The notes under the pieces were generated by a model. It saw only the letters and a program-made list of their open reading frames with translations. It was not told the DNA's origin and made no database searches. DNA of 64,000 bases. Source: an uncultured Nitrospinota bacterium. Lineage in GTDB: Bacteria; Tectomicrobia; Entotheonellia; J063; CAVPRW01. Positions 19,979 to 30,490 of the stretch are shown one piece after another. Location: assembly GCA_963707985.1 (NCBI GenBank), contig CAVPRW010000010.1, positions 256,001 through 320,000 of the forward strand, in the 5' to 3' direction. Within the stretch, counting starts at the first letter, position 1, and each line of letters starts with the position of its first letter. A program made the translations under genes and the position numbers.

Positions 19979-21976
19979 GTGATGCTGGAATCAGAGGGCC
20001 GCAGACGGGTCGTCATCGAAGGGGTCACACCGGCGGTCGACGGCGGCCGCTTCCCCATCAAACGGGTCTGTGGCGAAACGGTCAGCGTCGAGGCCGATGC
20101 TTTCTGCGATGGCCACGACGTCCTGAGCTGCGTCCTGCGCTTTCGTCAGGCGGACTCAGCTGAGTGGGACGAAGCTCCCATGGCAGCCCTCGGCAACGAC
20201 CGCTGGGGCGGGATGTTCACAGTGTCGCGAACCGGCATCTATCACTACACGGTCATGGCCTGGATCGATCGTTTCACGACCTGGTGGCACGCCCTGGCCA
20301 AGAAGGTCGAGGCCGCTCAGGACGTGGCGATCGACCTACTCATCGGTGCGGAGCTTGTACAACGGGCCAGCATGCGGGCGTCTGGTGCAGCAGCCCAACA
20401 GCTCAGGGCGTGGGCCACCATGATGCAGGACGATCGCCGTCCAGTCGAGGAACGGGAGCAGATCGCCTTCGATGAGGCTCTGCAGCTTGCCATGCAGGAA
20501 TACCCCGAAAGGGCCTTAGCGACCACGTACAGCCCAGAGCTCACCGTGGTGGTCGACCGCCACAAGGCCCGCTTCAGCGCCTGGTATGAGATGTTTCCAC
20601 GTTCCTGTGCGTCCTCCCCAGGGCAACATGGCACCTTCAAAGATTGTGAAGCACAACTGCCCTACGTCGCCGCGATGGGCTTCGATGTGATCTACTTACC
20701 TCCCATCCATCCCATTGGCGTCACCCATCGTAAGGGGCGAAACAACACCACCGCTACCGGCCCCAATGATCCGGGGAGCCCATGGGCGATTGGCTCCCCA
20801 CAGGGGGGTCACCAGGCCATTCATCCGCAGCTCGGCACGTTGGAGGACTTTCGTCGCTTCCTCGCCAAGACGCGAGAGCGTGACATCGACGTGGCGCTGG
20901 ATCTCGCCTTCCAATGCTCTCCTGACCATCCGTATGTGTCGCAACATCCCGAATGGTTTCGGCAGCGCCCTGATGGCACTGTGCAATACGCCGAGAATCC
21001 GCCCAAGCAGTATCAAGATATCTACCCACTAGAGTTTGAAACCGATCATTGGCAGGCACTCTGGGATGAGTTGAAAAGCGTTGTCCTGTTTTGGGTCGAG
21101 CAGGGCGTACGCATCTTCCGCGTCGACAACCCACACACCAAGCCCTTCCGTTTCTGGGAATGGCTCATTCGCGAAGTGAAGCAGGCATACCCCGACGTGC
21201 TCTTCCTGGCCGAAGCCTTCACTCGCCCAAAGGTGATGTATAACCTTGCCAAACGGGGGTTCACGCAATCGTACACCTATTTTGCCTGGCGCAATTCCAA
21301 GGAAGAAATCATCGAGTATTTTACCACTCTCACCCACACCGAAGTGCGGGAATTTTTTCGCCCCAACCTGTGGCCGAACACTCCGGACATCCTCACCGAA
21401 TACTTACAATTCGGTGGGCGACCAGCGTTCATGGCACGGTTGGTGCTGGCGGCCACGCTCGGGGCAAGTTATGGTATCTACGGTCCCGCCTTCGAGCTCT
21501 GCGAGAATCGCCCTCGCGAGCCCGGTAGCGAGGAGTATCTCAACTCCGAAAAATATGAAATCAAGGTGTGGGATCGTGATCGTCCGGATAGCCTCAAAGA
21601 CTTCATCGCCCGCGTCAACCGCATCCGGTGTGAGAACCCCGCCCTACACAGCGACCGGGGTTTGCACTTTCACGCCGTCACCAACGACCAACTTCTGTGT
21701 TACAGTAAGCATGGCGAGGATCCTACGGACGTCATTCTCGTCGTCGTCAACCTCGACCCTCATCATACCCAGTCGGGCTGGATAGAATTGTCACCGGAAG
21801 CCCTCGATGTCGTCCGTGAGCGCCATTACCAGGTTCATGACTTGCTCAGTGACAGTCGGTATCTGTGGCAGGGGCAACGTAATTTCGTTGAACTGAACCC
21901 CAACGTCGTACCGGCGCATATTTTCCGGCTACGTCGGCGCGTCCGCACTGAGCGTGATTTTGAGTATTATCTGTAA
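19979..21976 (+). CDS. glgE: alpha-1,4-glucan:maltose-1-phosphate maltosyltransferase
   Basis: AWYEMFPRS, YLPPIHPIG, AENPPKQYQDIYP, FRVDNPHTKP, LAEAFTRP, NTPDIL. Confidence 0.97.
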   Translation: MMLESEGRRRVVIEGVTPAVDGGRFPIKRVCGETVSVEADAFCDGHDVLSCVLRFRQADSAEWDEAPMAALGNDRWGGMFTVSRTGIYHYTVMAWIDRFTTWWHALAKKVEAAQDVAIDLLIGAELVQRASMRASGAAAQQLRAWATMMQDDRRPVEEREQIAFDEALQLAMQEYPERALATTYSPELTVVVDRHKARFSAWYEMFPRSCASSPGQHGTFKDCEAQLPYVAAMGFDVIYLPPIHPIGVTHRKGRNNTTATGPNDPGSPWAIGSPQGGHQAIHPQLGTLEDFRRFLAKTRERDIDVALDLAFQCSPDHPYVSQHPEWFRQRPDGTVQYAENPPKQYQDIYPLEFETDHWQALWDELKSVVLFWVEQGVRIFRVDNPHTKPFRFWEWLIREVKQAYPDVLFLAEAFTRPKVMYNLAKRGFTQSYTYFAWRNSKEEIIEYFTTLTHTEVREFFRPNLWPNTPDILTEYLQFGGRPAFMARLVLAATLGASYGIYGPAFELCENRPREPGSEEYLNSEKYEIKVWDRDRPDSLKDFIARVNRIRCENPALHSDRGLHFHAVTNDQLLCYSKHGEDPTDVILVVVNLDPHHTQSGWIELSPEALDVVRERHYQVHDLLSDSRYLWQGQRNFVELNPNVVPAHIFRLRRRVRTERDFEYYL

Positions 21977-21995
21977 CCTGTGAAGGAAGGAGTGT

Positions 21996-24900
21996 ATGCG
22001 CCACCCCCAGGAATCTTTCATGTTAGCGGACGATCCCTTGTGGTACAAGGATGCCGTCATCTATGAGCTCCACCCGCGTGCTTTCTTCGATAGCAATGGC
22101 GACGGGATTGGCGACTTCGAGGGGCTAGCGCAGAAGCTCGACTACCTCCAGGATCTCGGAGTCACGGCGATCTGGTTGCTGCCATTCTATCCCTCCCCCT
22201 TGAAAGACGACGGCTACGACATCGCAGACTATACCGATGTGCATCCATCCTACGGCACCTTGAACGACTTCAGAGAGTTTCTGCGCGAGGCGCATGCGCG
22301 GGGCTTACGTATCATCACCGAGCTGATCGTCAATCACACCTCCGACCAGCACCCCTGGTTCCAGCGCGCTCGTCGTGCCAAAGCCGGCAGTCGCTGGCGC
22401 AATTTCTACGTATGGAGCGATACGCCGGAAGAATACAAGGACGCGCGCATCATTTTCAAGGATTTCGAACCCTCTAATTGGGCCTGGGACTCCGTCGCCA
22501 AGGCCTATTACTGGCACCGCTTCTACGCTCATCAGCCCGACCTCAACTACGATAACCCTGAAGTCCGGCGTGCCATCCTGCATGTGGTCGATTTCTGGCT
22601 CAACATGGGGATCGACGGCCTGCGTCTCGACGCCGTGCCCTATCTCTACGAGCGCGATGGGACGAACTGCGAGAATCTCGCCGAGACACACGCCTTCTTG
22701 AAGGCGCTGCGGCAACATGTGGACCGTAAATTTAAGAATCGTATGCTGTTGGCCGAGGCCAACCAATGGCCGGAAGACGCCGTCGCCTACTTGGGAGATG
22801 GGGATGAATGCCACATGGCCTTTCACTTCCCGAGTATGCCACGGCTGTTTATGGCCATCCGCATGGAAAGCCGCTTTCCTATCATCGACATTCTGACCCA
22901 AACCCCGACCATCCCGGACACCTGTCAATGGGCGCTCTTCTTGCGCAATCACGATGAGCTGACGCTGGAGATGGTGACCGATGAGGAACGTGACTACATG
23001 TACCGGGTGTATGCTCACGATCCCCATGCGCGTATCAACCTGGGGATTCGGCGTCGATTGGCGCCGCTGTTGGGCAATGATCGTCGACGCATCGAGCTGA
23101 TGAACGCGTTGCTGTTCGCCTTGCCGGGTACTCCGGTGATATACTACGGCGATGAACTGCGCATGGGCGACAATTTTTACCTGGGCGATCGCAATGGCGT
23201 GCGCACTCCTATGCAGTGGAGCGCCGATCGCAACGCCGGCTTCTCCCGTGCCAATCCGCAACGGTTATACCTGCCGATCATAATCGACCCGGAATATCAC
23301 TACGAGGCGGTCAATGTTGAGGCCCAGCAGAACAATCCCCATTCGCTGCTGTGGTGGATGAAGCGTTTGATTGCCCTGCGCAAACGCTTCAAGGCATTTG
23401 GGCGCGGCACTTTAGAGTTCTTACATCCGGACAATCACAAAGTCCTGGCGTTCGTGCGGCGATATCAGGACGAGTGTGTGTTGGTGCTCGCCAATTTGTC
23501 GCGCTTTGTGCAAGGTGTCGAATTAGACCTGGCTCCATATAAAGGTCTGGTGCCGGTCGAGATCTTCGGACGTACCGAATTCCCGATAGTGGGCGAGGCG
23601 CCCTATTTCGTCACCATCGGTCCCCATGCGTTCTATTGGTTTGCTCTCGAGCCCCAGCGTCTCCCGGCAATAGCGCTGACGCCTCAGGAGGTGCGGCTGC
23701 CCATGCTGCAGATCACCGGTGCGTTGGAAAGTCTCTTTATTGGAGAGAGCAAGGTGGCGCTGGAGGCCATTTTGCCCACTTACCTCAAAGAGCGCCGCTG
23801 GTTTGGTGGCAAGGCCAGAAAGATGAAATCGGTGCAGCTGCTGGAGGCGATCCCGGTACCTTTAGAGCCCGCAGAAGCTTATATCACGCTGGTGCAGGTC
23901 GATTACGCCGAAGGTGACCCCGACCTCTATGTGCTGCCGCTCACTGCCGCCTTCGGCGAGGACGCGGAGCGCATGCGAGAAGGCTTCCCCCATCCCTTAC
24001 TGGCTAATCTGCAAGTGACCGGGAGAAGTGGGCACCCGCCGGAGGTAGGGATTCTCTACGATGCCCTCTACGAAAAAAGCTTCAGTTCGCTCTTGCTGGA
24101 CCTTATCTTGCGGCACCGCCGACTGCGTGGCATCAACGGTGATATCCAGGCCTCTTCAACACACGCCTTGCGTCACTTGTCTCATGACCCGGCAGTGCCA
24201 CTCGACCCGAGCGTGATGAAGGTGGAGCAAAGTAATACCTCCGTGGTCTATGGGGGACAGGTGATCCTCAAAATGTTCAGACGCACCGATGAAGGGGTCA
24301 ATCCCGAACTCGAGATCGGACGGTTTTTGACGGAGACAGCGAAATTTGGCAATGTCCCTCTGGTGGTTGGCGCCATTGAATATCGGCGCAAGGGTGAGGC
24401 ATCGATGTCCCTGGGGATCCTGCAACAATTTGTGCCAAACGTCGGGGATGCCTGGAACTACACTCTCGATAGTCTTAGCCACTACTTCGAGCGTGCCTTG
24501 GCACAGCCAGAGGCTCAAGTCCCAGGGACCACACAACCTCCCGTGCTTGACCTCTTGAACAATGAGATTCCAGTGATAGCCCGAGAACTGATCGATGCCT
24601 ATCTGGAATCAGCTCGTCTGCTTGGGCAACGCACGGCCGAGTTGCATAAGGCGCTGGCCTCGTCGACTGATGACCCGAGTTTTGCGCCAGAGCCTTTTTC
24701 GATGCTCCTCCAGCGCTCCATCTATCAATCCATGCAAAGTCACGTGAGTCAAGTCTTCCCATGGCTCCGCGCCCGCCTCAAGCAACTATCCGACGGCCTG
24801 CGAGAGGACGCCCAGCGGGTCCTCGACCTGGAAGGAGAAATTCGCCGCCGCTACCGCTCCCTGCTGCAACGCAAGCTCAACACCATGCGCATACGTGTGC

Positions 24901-25352
24901 ACGGCGACTATCATCTGGGGCAAGTGCTCTATACAGGCAGGGATTTCGTCATCATCGACTTCGAAGGAGAGCCCGCCCGGCCGTTGAGTGAACGTCGCAT
25001 CAAGCGCTCACCGCTGCGCGACGTGGCGGGAATGCTGCGGTCGTTTCACTACGCTTCCTACATGGCCCTCTTCGGCCAGGTCCGCGGTATTCGCCCAGAG
25101 GACTTTCCGGCCCTCGAGCCATGGGCGCATTTCTGGTATACCTGGGTCAGTGTCGCCTTTCTCAAAGCCTATCTCGCGGTCGCGAAGGATGAGCCCTTCT
25201 TGCCCAAAGATCCCATTGAGCTTCAGGTGCTGATGGATGCCTATCTGCTGGCGAAGGCCGTGTACGAGTTGGGGTATGAGCTCAACACCCGTCCAGAATG
25301 GCTGAAAGTCCCCCTGCAAGGGCTTTTACAGCTAGTGGTGGCTGCCCGATGA
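21996..25352 (+). CDS. treS: trehalose synthase / maltokinase fusion
   Basis: WYKDAVIYE, RLDAVPYL, LAEANQWP, FLRNHDELTLEMV, followed by a Mak/Pep2 domain with EQSNTS, RVHGDYHLGQVL, IDFEGEP. Confidence 0.96.
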   Translation: MRHPQESFMLADDPLWYKDAVIYELHPRAFFDSNGDGIGDFEGLAQKLDYLQDLGVTAIWLLPFYPSPLKDDGYDIADYTDVHPSYGTLNDFREFLREAHARGLRIITELIVNHTSDQHPWFQRARRAKAGSRWRNFYVWSDTPEEYKDARIIFKDFEPSNWAWDSVAKAYYWHRFYAHQPDLNYDNPEVRRAILHVVDFWLNMGIDGLRLDAVPYLYERDGTNCENLAETHAFLKALRQHVDRKFKNRMLLAEANQWPEDAVAYLGDGDECHMAFHFPSMPRLFMAIRMESRFPIIDILTQTPTIPDTCQWALFLRNHDELTLEMVTDEERDYMYRVYAHDPHARINLGIRRRLAPLLGNDRRRIELMNALLFALPGTPVIYYGDELRMGDNFYLGDRNGVRTPMQWSADRNAGFSRANPQRLYLPIIIDPEYHYEAVNVEAQQNNPHSLLWWMKRLIALRKRFKAFGRGTLEFLHPDNHKVLAFVRRYQDECVLVLANLSRFVQGVELDLAPYKGLVPVEIFGRTEFPIVGEAPYFVTIGPHAFYWFALEPQRLPAIALTPQEVRLPMLQITGALESLFIGESKVALEAILPTYLKERRWFGGKARKMKSVQLLEAIPVPLEPAEAYITLVQVDYAEGDPDLYVLPLTAAFGEDAERMREGFPHPLLANLQVTGRSGHPPEVGILYDALYEKSFSSLLLDLILRHRRLRGINGDIQASSTHALRHLSHDPAVPLDPSVMKVEQSNTSVVYGGQVILKMFRRTDEGVNPELEIGRFLTETAKFGNVPLVVGAIEYRRKGEASMSLGILQQFVPNVGDAWNYTLDSLSHYFERALAQPEAQVPGTTQPPVLDLLNNEIPVIARELIDAYLESARLLGQRTAELHKALASSTDDPSFAPEPFSMLLQRSIYQSMQSHVSQVFPWLRARLKQLSDGLREDAQRVLDLEGEIRRRYRSLLQRKLNTMRIRVHGDYHLGQVLYTGRDFVIIDFEGEPARPLSERRIKRSPLRDVAGMLRSFHYASYMALFGQVRGIRPEDFPALEPWAHFWYTWVSVAFLKAYLAVAKDEPFLPKDPIELQVLMDAYLLAKAVYELGYELNTRPEWLKVPLQGLLQLVVAAR

Positions 25353-25459
25353 GTGGGGATTTCCTTGGGACATTGTCGCTCGCAGGGGGCATGAAGGGAT
25401 GTGCTGAAAGCTGCTCCGCTGTGCGATGCAGGTTCATAGATGTTAGCGCCTGGCGGCAG

Positions 25460-26902
25460 ATGATGCCCTATTTGGAAAGACTGCAATCTGTAGTGACACC
25501 GTGGCTACAGCGATTGGTGCGACCATTTGTGCACCTCGTGATCTGGATGGCTGTGCTCGAGGCTGGGGCAGCCATGGCGATGGAGCCTATAACGCTCCAC
25601 ATTCCATCGACCACCGTGGGCTTGTCGAACGGCTTGAGAGTGGTAGTATCCGCCAAACACAAGCTGCCGATGGTGTCAATCAGTGTCCGTGTTAGGGTGG
25701 GCTCAGCCGACGACCCCGAGGAGGAGTCAGGGCTTGCCGCAATGACGGTTCGCCTTATGGATAAAGGCACGACCCATCGGACAGCCTCGGCTATCGCCGA
25801 TGAAATCGATTTTCTGGGAGCGCATCTGGATGCCAGTGCAGGAGGGACGGGGAGCACTGTAGCGCTCTCGGTGTTGGCCAAGGATGTCGAGCACGGCCTC
25901 GATCTATTGGCCGATCTCCTGCAACACTCCCGCTTCGATGGCGCTGAATTGGAGCGGGAGCGGACCCAGACGCTGTCGGAGATTCACCAACAACGGTCGG
26001 AGCCGGACGAGGTGGTCTCGCAGGTCTTTCGGGAAACATTGTATGCCGGCCATCCCCTGCATCGACCTGTCTCCGGGTACGCCCATACTGTATCCCGGAT
26101 CACACGCGAGGATGTCGTGTCTTTTCATCAGCGTTTTTACGTCCCGAACAATACGATCGTGGTCATGGTGGGTGCTCTCCCAGAGGAGCACATGCTGGAG
26201 CTGATCCAGCGTTATTTCAGCACCTGGCCAACGCAGCCACTGGCACCCTCATTGCTACCACAACCGACCCCAACCTCAGGGAAACAGGTGCGCGTGGTCG
26301 ATATGGATGTGAACCAGTGTTATATCCAGTGGGGACACCTATCGGTCCGCCGGGACGATCCCGAGTTTGCGGCCATCCGTGGGATGAACTACATCCTCGG
26401 CGGTGGAGAGTTAGTGTCGCGCTTGATGGGCGTGATTCGCGAGCAACAAGGGCTGGCCTACGCGGTGAGCTCGGAGTTCGTCGGTGGGGGCCAATATCCG
26501 GGTTTCTTTGTCGCAGAGTTACAGACCGCCATCCCGACCACGGCGCAGGCACTGACGAACTTGATTGCGGTGATCGAGGGTCTGCAGCACACCCCCATAA
26601 CTCCTGAAGAATTATCCGATATGCAGCGCTATTACGAAGGCAGTCTCCCGGCGCGGGCCGAGACGTATGAACAGGTGACGGAACTGCTCATCGATCGAGA
26701 ATTTTTTGGGCTTGCCGATGGCTACTGGGAGGCGGAGATCCGCCAGATTCAGCAATTGACGGCCGAGGCTATACAACAACTCGCCCTGCGCTACCTCGAC
26801 ATTAACAACTTTGTCCTTGCCCTCGTGACTAAACGATCCGACCTCAATCTTGCCGATGCTCCCATCCCCGCCGAGGCGATCCGCGAGGTCCTCGTGCCTT
26901 GA
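25460..26902 (+). CDS. M16 (pitrilysin) family peptidase, non-catalytic-type subunit
   Basis: LSNGLRVVV, GSADDP, GLAAMTVRLMDKGT (no HxxEH), SRLMGVIREQQGLAY; signal-like N-terminus; start uncertain. Confidence 0.85.
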   Translation: MMPYLERLQSVVTPWLQRLVRPFVHLVIWMAVLEAGAAMAMEPITLHIPSTTVGLSNGLRVVVSAKHKLPMVSISVRVRVGSADDPEEESGLAAMTVRLMDKGTTHRTASAIADEIDFLGAHLDASAGGTGSTVALSVLAKDVEHGLDLLADLLQHSRFDGAELERERTQTLSEIHQQRSEPDEVVSQVFRETLYAGHPLHRPVSGYAHTVSRITREDVVSFHQRFYVPNNTIVVMVGALPEEHMLELIQRYFSTWPTQPLAPSLLPQPTPTSGKQVRVVDMDVNQCYIQWGHLSVRRDDPEFAAIRGMNYILGGGELVSRLMGVIREQQGLAYAVSSEFVGGGQYPGFFVAELQTAIPTTAQALTNLIAVIEGLQHTPITPEELSDMQRYYEGSLPARAETYEQVTELLIDREFFGLADGYWEAEIRQIQQLTAEAIQQLALRYLDINNFVLALVTKRSDLNLADAPIPAEAIREVLVP

Positions 26903-27135
26903 TCGAAAAATCAATCGCTTGCGACCGGTAACCTTCCTGTTTTCAGTCGTTTTCGACAAAGCTCTATCGGGAGCTCCCCACGTGGCTCCGTTACCGACAC
27001 ATGTACGGCCCTCATGGGGAACGCCCGATAGAAGCCTTCTGCGATATGCAGTGCACCGCCTCTTCGCGGGGGTCCATAATCCCCATTCAGCAGAGCTGCA
27101 TATCGCTCATCTTGCCTGGTGCCGGGACCCGGGGA

Positions 27136-28002
27136 TTAACGGGGCACCATGTTGGGGGTGGGTTCTGCTGGGAGCGGTTGTGCGTCCATTTCTCGCGCCC
27201 GCTTTTCCAACGCTGGTATGAGGGCATTCACGACGTCCTGGTCATAGTCTGCGGCCACGCCCGGGTAGCCAGCCCGCTGGATCATGTCCCGGAGCTTCCC
27301 GCTCTTGAACTGCTCCAGCGTCCACCCCAGTGGGTCGGGCACCAACGTCTTGTCCCAGAAGATGCGGTGGTTCTTGTTCCTGGGTCCGTAGTGATAGTGT
27401 GGAGCTTGGCGGAAGCAGTCGAAGGCCAGCAATTCGGTTTCTTCCATGTACGTGCGACCAGGCGTTCCCGCCAGGTCGGCTAACACGTGGATCGCCAGAC
27501 CGCCGTCTCCGCCAGCCTGCTTCCGCATCTCCAGGCCAAACCGGAAGTTCCCTGCCTCGAACATGTCAGTACCGCGATTGTGCTTGACGGTATTTCTGCC
27601 GGTGGCAAAGATTTCACGGGCGTTGGATTCGACCTCAGGGAGTTTTTGCGAGACCGCTTGAGCATCAACTTTGTTCGCAACGTCCTCGTATCCGGAGGCC
27701 CGAAGCATGTCAGGAAGCTTGTGTTTCAGCTGCTTCACCGACCAGCCGATGGGGTTGCCGTCTACCGTGGGATCCATGCGGCAGAGTTTGTTCATCGTCT
27801 CGGGACCATACACATAGCTGCGCTCGAGGTCGAAACAGTTGAATCGCAGCAACTCCGTCTCTTCCCCCCCAACCTCTCCTGTGACCAGAATAGCCACGCC
27901 CTGGTCGGAGTGGTCGTCGACGTTACCGTCCCAAAGCTCGTGCTGGACTACGAGACTCACAGCGCCTGCATCAAACGTGGTTCGACGAGTGAATTGTGCC
28001 AT
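27136..28002 (-). CDS. hypothetical protein with two tandem homologous domains
   Basis: GGAGG RBS; EETELLRFNCF..YVYGP..NPIGW..MLRASGY versus EETELLAFDCF..PHYHYGP..DPLGW..MIQRAGY. Confidence 0.8.
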   Translation of the reverse strand: MAQFTRRTTFDAGAVSLVVQHELWDGNVDDHSDQGVAILVTGEVGGEETELLRFNCFDLERSYVYGPETMNKLCRMDPTVDGNPIGWSVKQLKHKLPDMLRASGYEDVANKVDAQAVSQKLPEVESNAREIFATGRNTVKHNRGTDMFEAGNFRFGLEMRKQAGGDGGLAIHVLADLAGTPGRTYMEETELLAFDCFRQAPHYHYGPRNKNHRIFWDKTLVPDPLGWTLEQFKSGKLRDMIQRAGYPGVAADYDQDVVNALIPALEKRAREMDAQPLPAEPTPNMVPR

Positions 28003-28356
28003 GGGCAAACCTCCATAATGTCAGCTGCATTTGTTGGGACCAGTGGCACTATACCAGACAGCGACTTCTCTAGCGAACACGCCGACCCCCAGGGTAATCG
28101 CTTAAGCAGAACCTCCCCGAGCGTTCATCGGTAGCAGTGTAGTTGCTGTAGGGTGCCCTTGTCCCTGAACTTCCCTCCCTATAGGGATGAGAGCTATTAT
28201 ATCACGAATGTTGTCAGCAGCTCAGTTCAAATTGAGGACGAAAAGGCTTTACTCCGGTATGAGGGGAAACTCGTTGAATCGCCTCGCTGGTGTCACAGAG
28301 CCAGAGCAGGAGCACATGCGCCTGGCTTTTCTCCATTCGACGCAAGACGTATACCC

Positions 28357-28570
28357 CATATGGTCACACAACTCATGCGGCTTCACGCGCGTAGTATTTC
28401 AGCAGCCCGCCCAGCCGTTCGCGACACCGGCTCGGGCCTTCACGCCCCCCGTATAGGCTGGACGAAGGAAAAAGCAGGACATTCCCTGCCCTTGATGGTT
28501 TCTCTCGCGATGATACTGCTCCACATACTCGAGAAGCGCGTGGTGGAGAGACGCTTCACCGCGGAGCCGG
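28357..28570 (-). mobile_element. 3' remnant of the rve-type IS family seen at 2276-3663
   Basis: Minus strand encodes GEASLHHALLEYVEQYHRERNHQG and CRERLGGLLKYYAREAA*, followed by the end motif GAGTTGTGTGACCATATG. Confidence 0.75.
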
Positions 28571-28578
28571 AGGAAAAA

Positions 28579-30439
28579 TTAGGGCACGAGGTTGATATAC
28601 GGCTTGGTGAAAACCTCCCAGGAATCGTTAGCAGCCTGGTATCGGGAGTTCACGAACACGCGCCAGTTCGTATCGTCGAGTTCGGGGTAATCGGCGCGAT
28701 AGTAATACCCTGGCCAGCGGGTTTCCTGACGGTGGAGCAGATGCCGCAGATGAATTTCCCCAACCCAGGTACGATGCCACAGCTCCCAGCAGCGCAGGAG
28801 CTCGTGCAGGCTCCGCGCTCCCAGGTGTTGGAGATCAGCACGTAACAGTTGAATGAGCTCGATCCCCCGTTGCAACAGCGGAGCATTGGTGGTGTACCAG
28901 GCGGATGTCCCCGCAGCATACTCGTCCATGATTTTCTGTAAGCGCACCAGCCCTTGTTTGGGGGTGATGTAATGCGGGTTCACCGCCTCGGCGGTCGACG
29001 CCCCATGATGGGCCGCAAACGTCTCCAGTGGCGCCCAGATTGCCGCCTGGAGTTGGCGAATTGCACGGTCGCTGAGCGTGGGAGCAGTGGAGTGGTCCAG
29101 GACATAGCGCACCGCTGCTTTCGCGGCTAACCGGCCCTCGGTAAAGGAGCCCGAGGAGAACTTGTGCGGGGCAGCGCCCACGCCGTCCCCAGCGGCGAAG
29201 AGCCCCTGGATGCTGGTCATCTTGTTATAACCCCAGAAGTATGCAGGCGGGGATAAGTCCTCCGGGCCACTCACCCAGGCACCTGCCTCGCCGGAGTGCG
29301 ATCCCATGATGTAGGGCTCGGCTAGGACGATTTCCGACGGGGTGACCTCTGGGGCAATATTCTGTGCCGCCCAAGTCAACGCCTGCGCGATCGTCATGTC
29401 GAGGAAATCCTCCCAGGCTTCCGCACGCACCTGGTCCATCTTGGCAGGGTCCCCTTGTGACAGCTTTTGCATGGCCTCTTCGGTGCGCATATAGATCGGG
29501 CCACGTCCCCCACGCACATCCATGAACATCTGGTGATTCCGCAAGGGCGTCGGGGTCGGGATGGCCGATCCGTACGGTTCATATTTCTTTAACTCGTCGG
29601 CGTGTGTGACAGTGTAGTCCTCACCATAGGCATTGGTCGCCCGAGCATGGAAATACTGAAACCACATACCTACCGGCCCGTAGCCGTCTTTGAATCGCGT
29701 TGGCACGAAGCGATGTTCCATTTGCGTCATTTCCGTACCGATCGGGATCATCAGACCATAGGCGGAACCGGTGGCAAACACCGAGTACCAGGTACGCCCC
29801 AGGCCTTCTTCGGTCGAGCGCGGTCGGAAGACGTTGGAAGAACCGCCACTGGCGATGATGACCGCCTTAGCCTTGAACACGTAGAAGGTGTTTTCCCGTA
29901 CCGCAAAGCCAACCGCCCCGGCGATGCGCCCGGCATCATTGGCATCGGTCACCAAGTGGGTGATGGCGATACGCTCATAGAGATTCCCTTCTCCCAGGGC
30001 TTTGCGGGCCGGTTCCGCGGTAATGGGCTTGATCGACTCACCATGAATCGGAATTTGCCATCGACCGATACGTTCGTACTGACCGTTGTCCTTCTTCCAG
30101 ATGGGTAAGCCCCACTCTTCCAGCAGGTGCACCGACGAATCGACATGGCGGCCCACATCATAGACTAGATCTTCCCGCGCCAGCCCCATCATATCGTTGA
30201 CCACATATTTCACAAAGTCTTCCGGCGTGTTCCAGCCGTAGCGCTGCCCCATGTAGCAGTTAATGGCGGAAAGGCCCTCGCCAGTGGCGCCGCTACGCTC
30301 GATGACGGCCTTTTCGACCATTACAACGCGCAAGTCCTTCCCCCAGTACTTGCGCCTCGAACGCTGCACCACAACCGGCCATACCACCGCCAATGATGAG
30401 GATGTCACACTCTACCGTTTGCGTATTTGGTGCTGCCAT
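28579..30439 (-). CDS. aprA: adenylylsulfate reductase alpha subunit (+1 frameshift near 30355)
   Basis: DILIIGGGMAGCGAAFEA/KYWG, ERSGA..GLSAINCY, WQIPIHGES, RFKDGYGPVG, MGSHSG, HKFSSGSFTEGR, RLQKIMDEY. Confidence 0.95.
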
Positions 30440-30490
30440 GTCGCCTGTGTCCTCCAATCTTCGCTCTCTGTGTTCTCCCAACTGAGGAGC

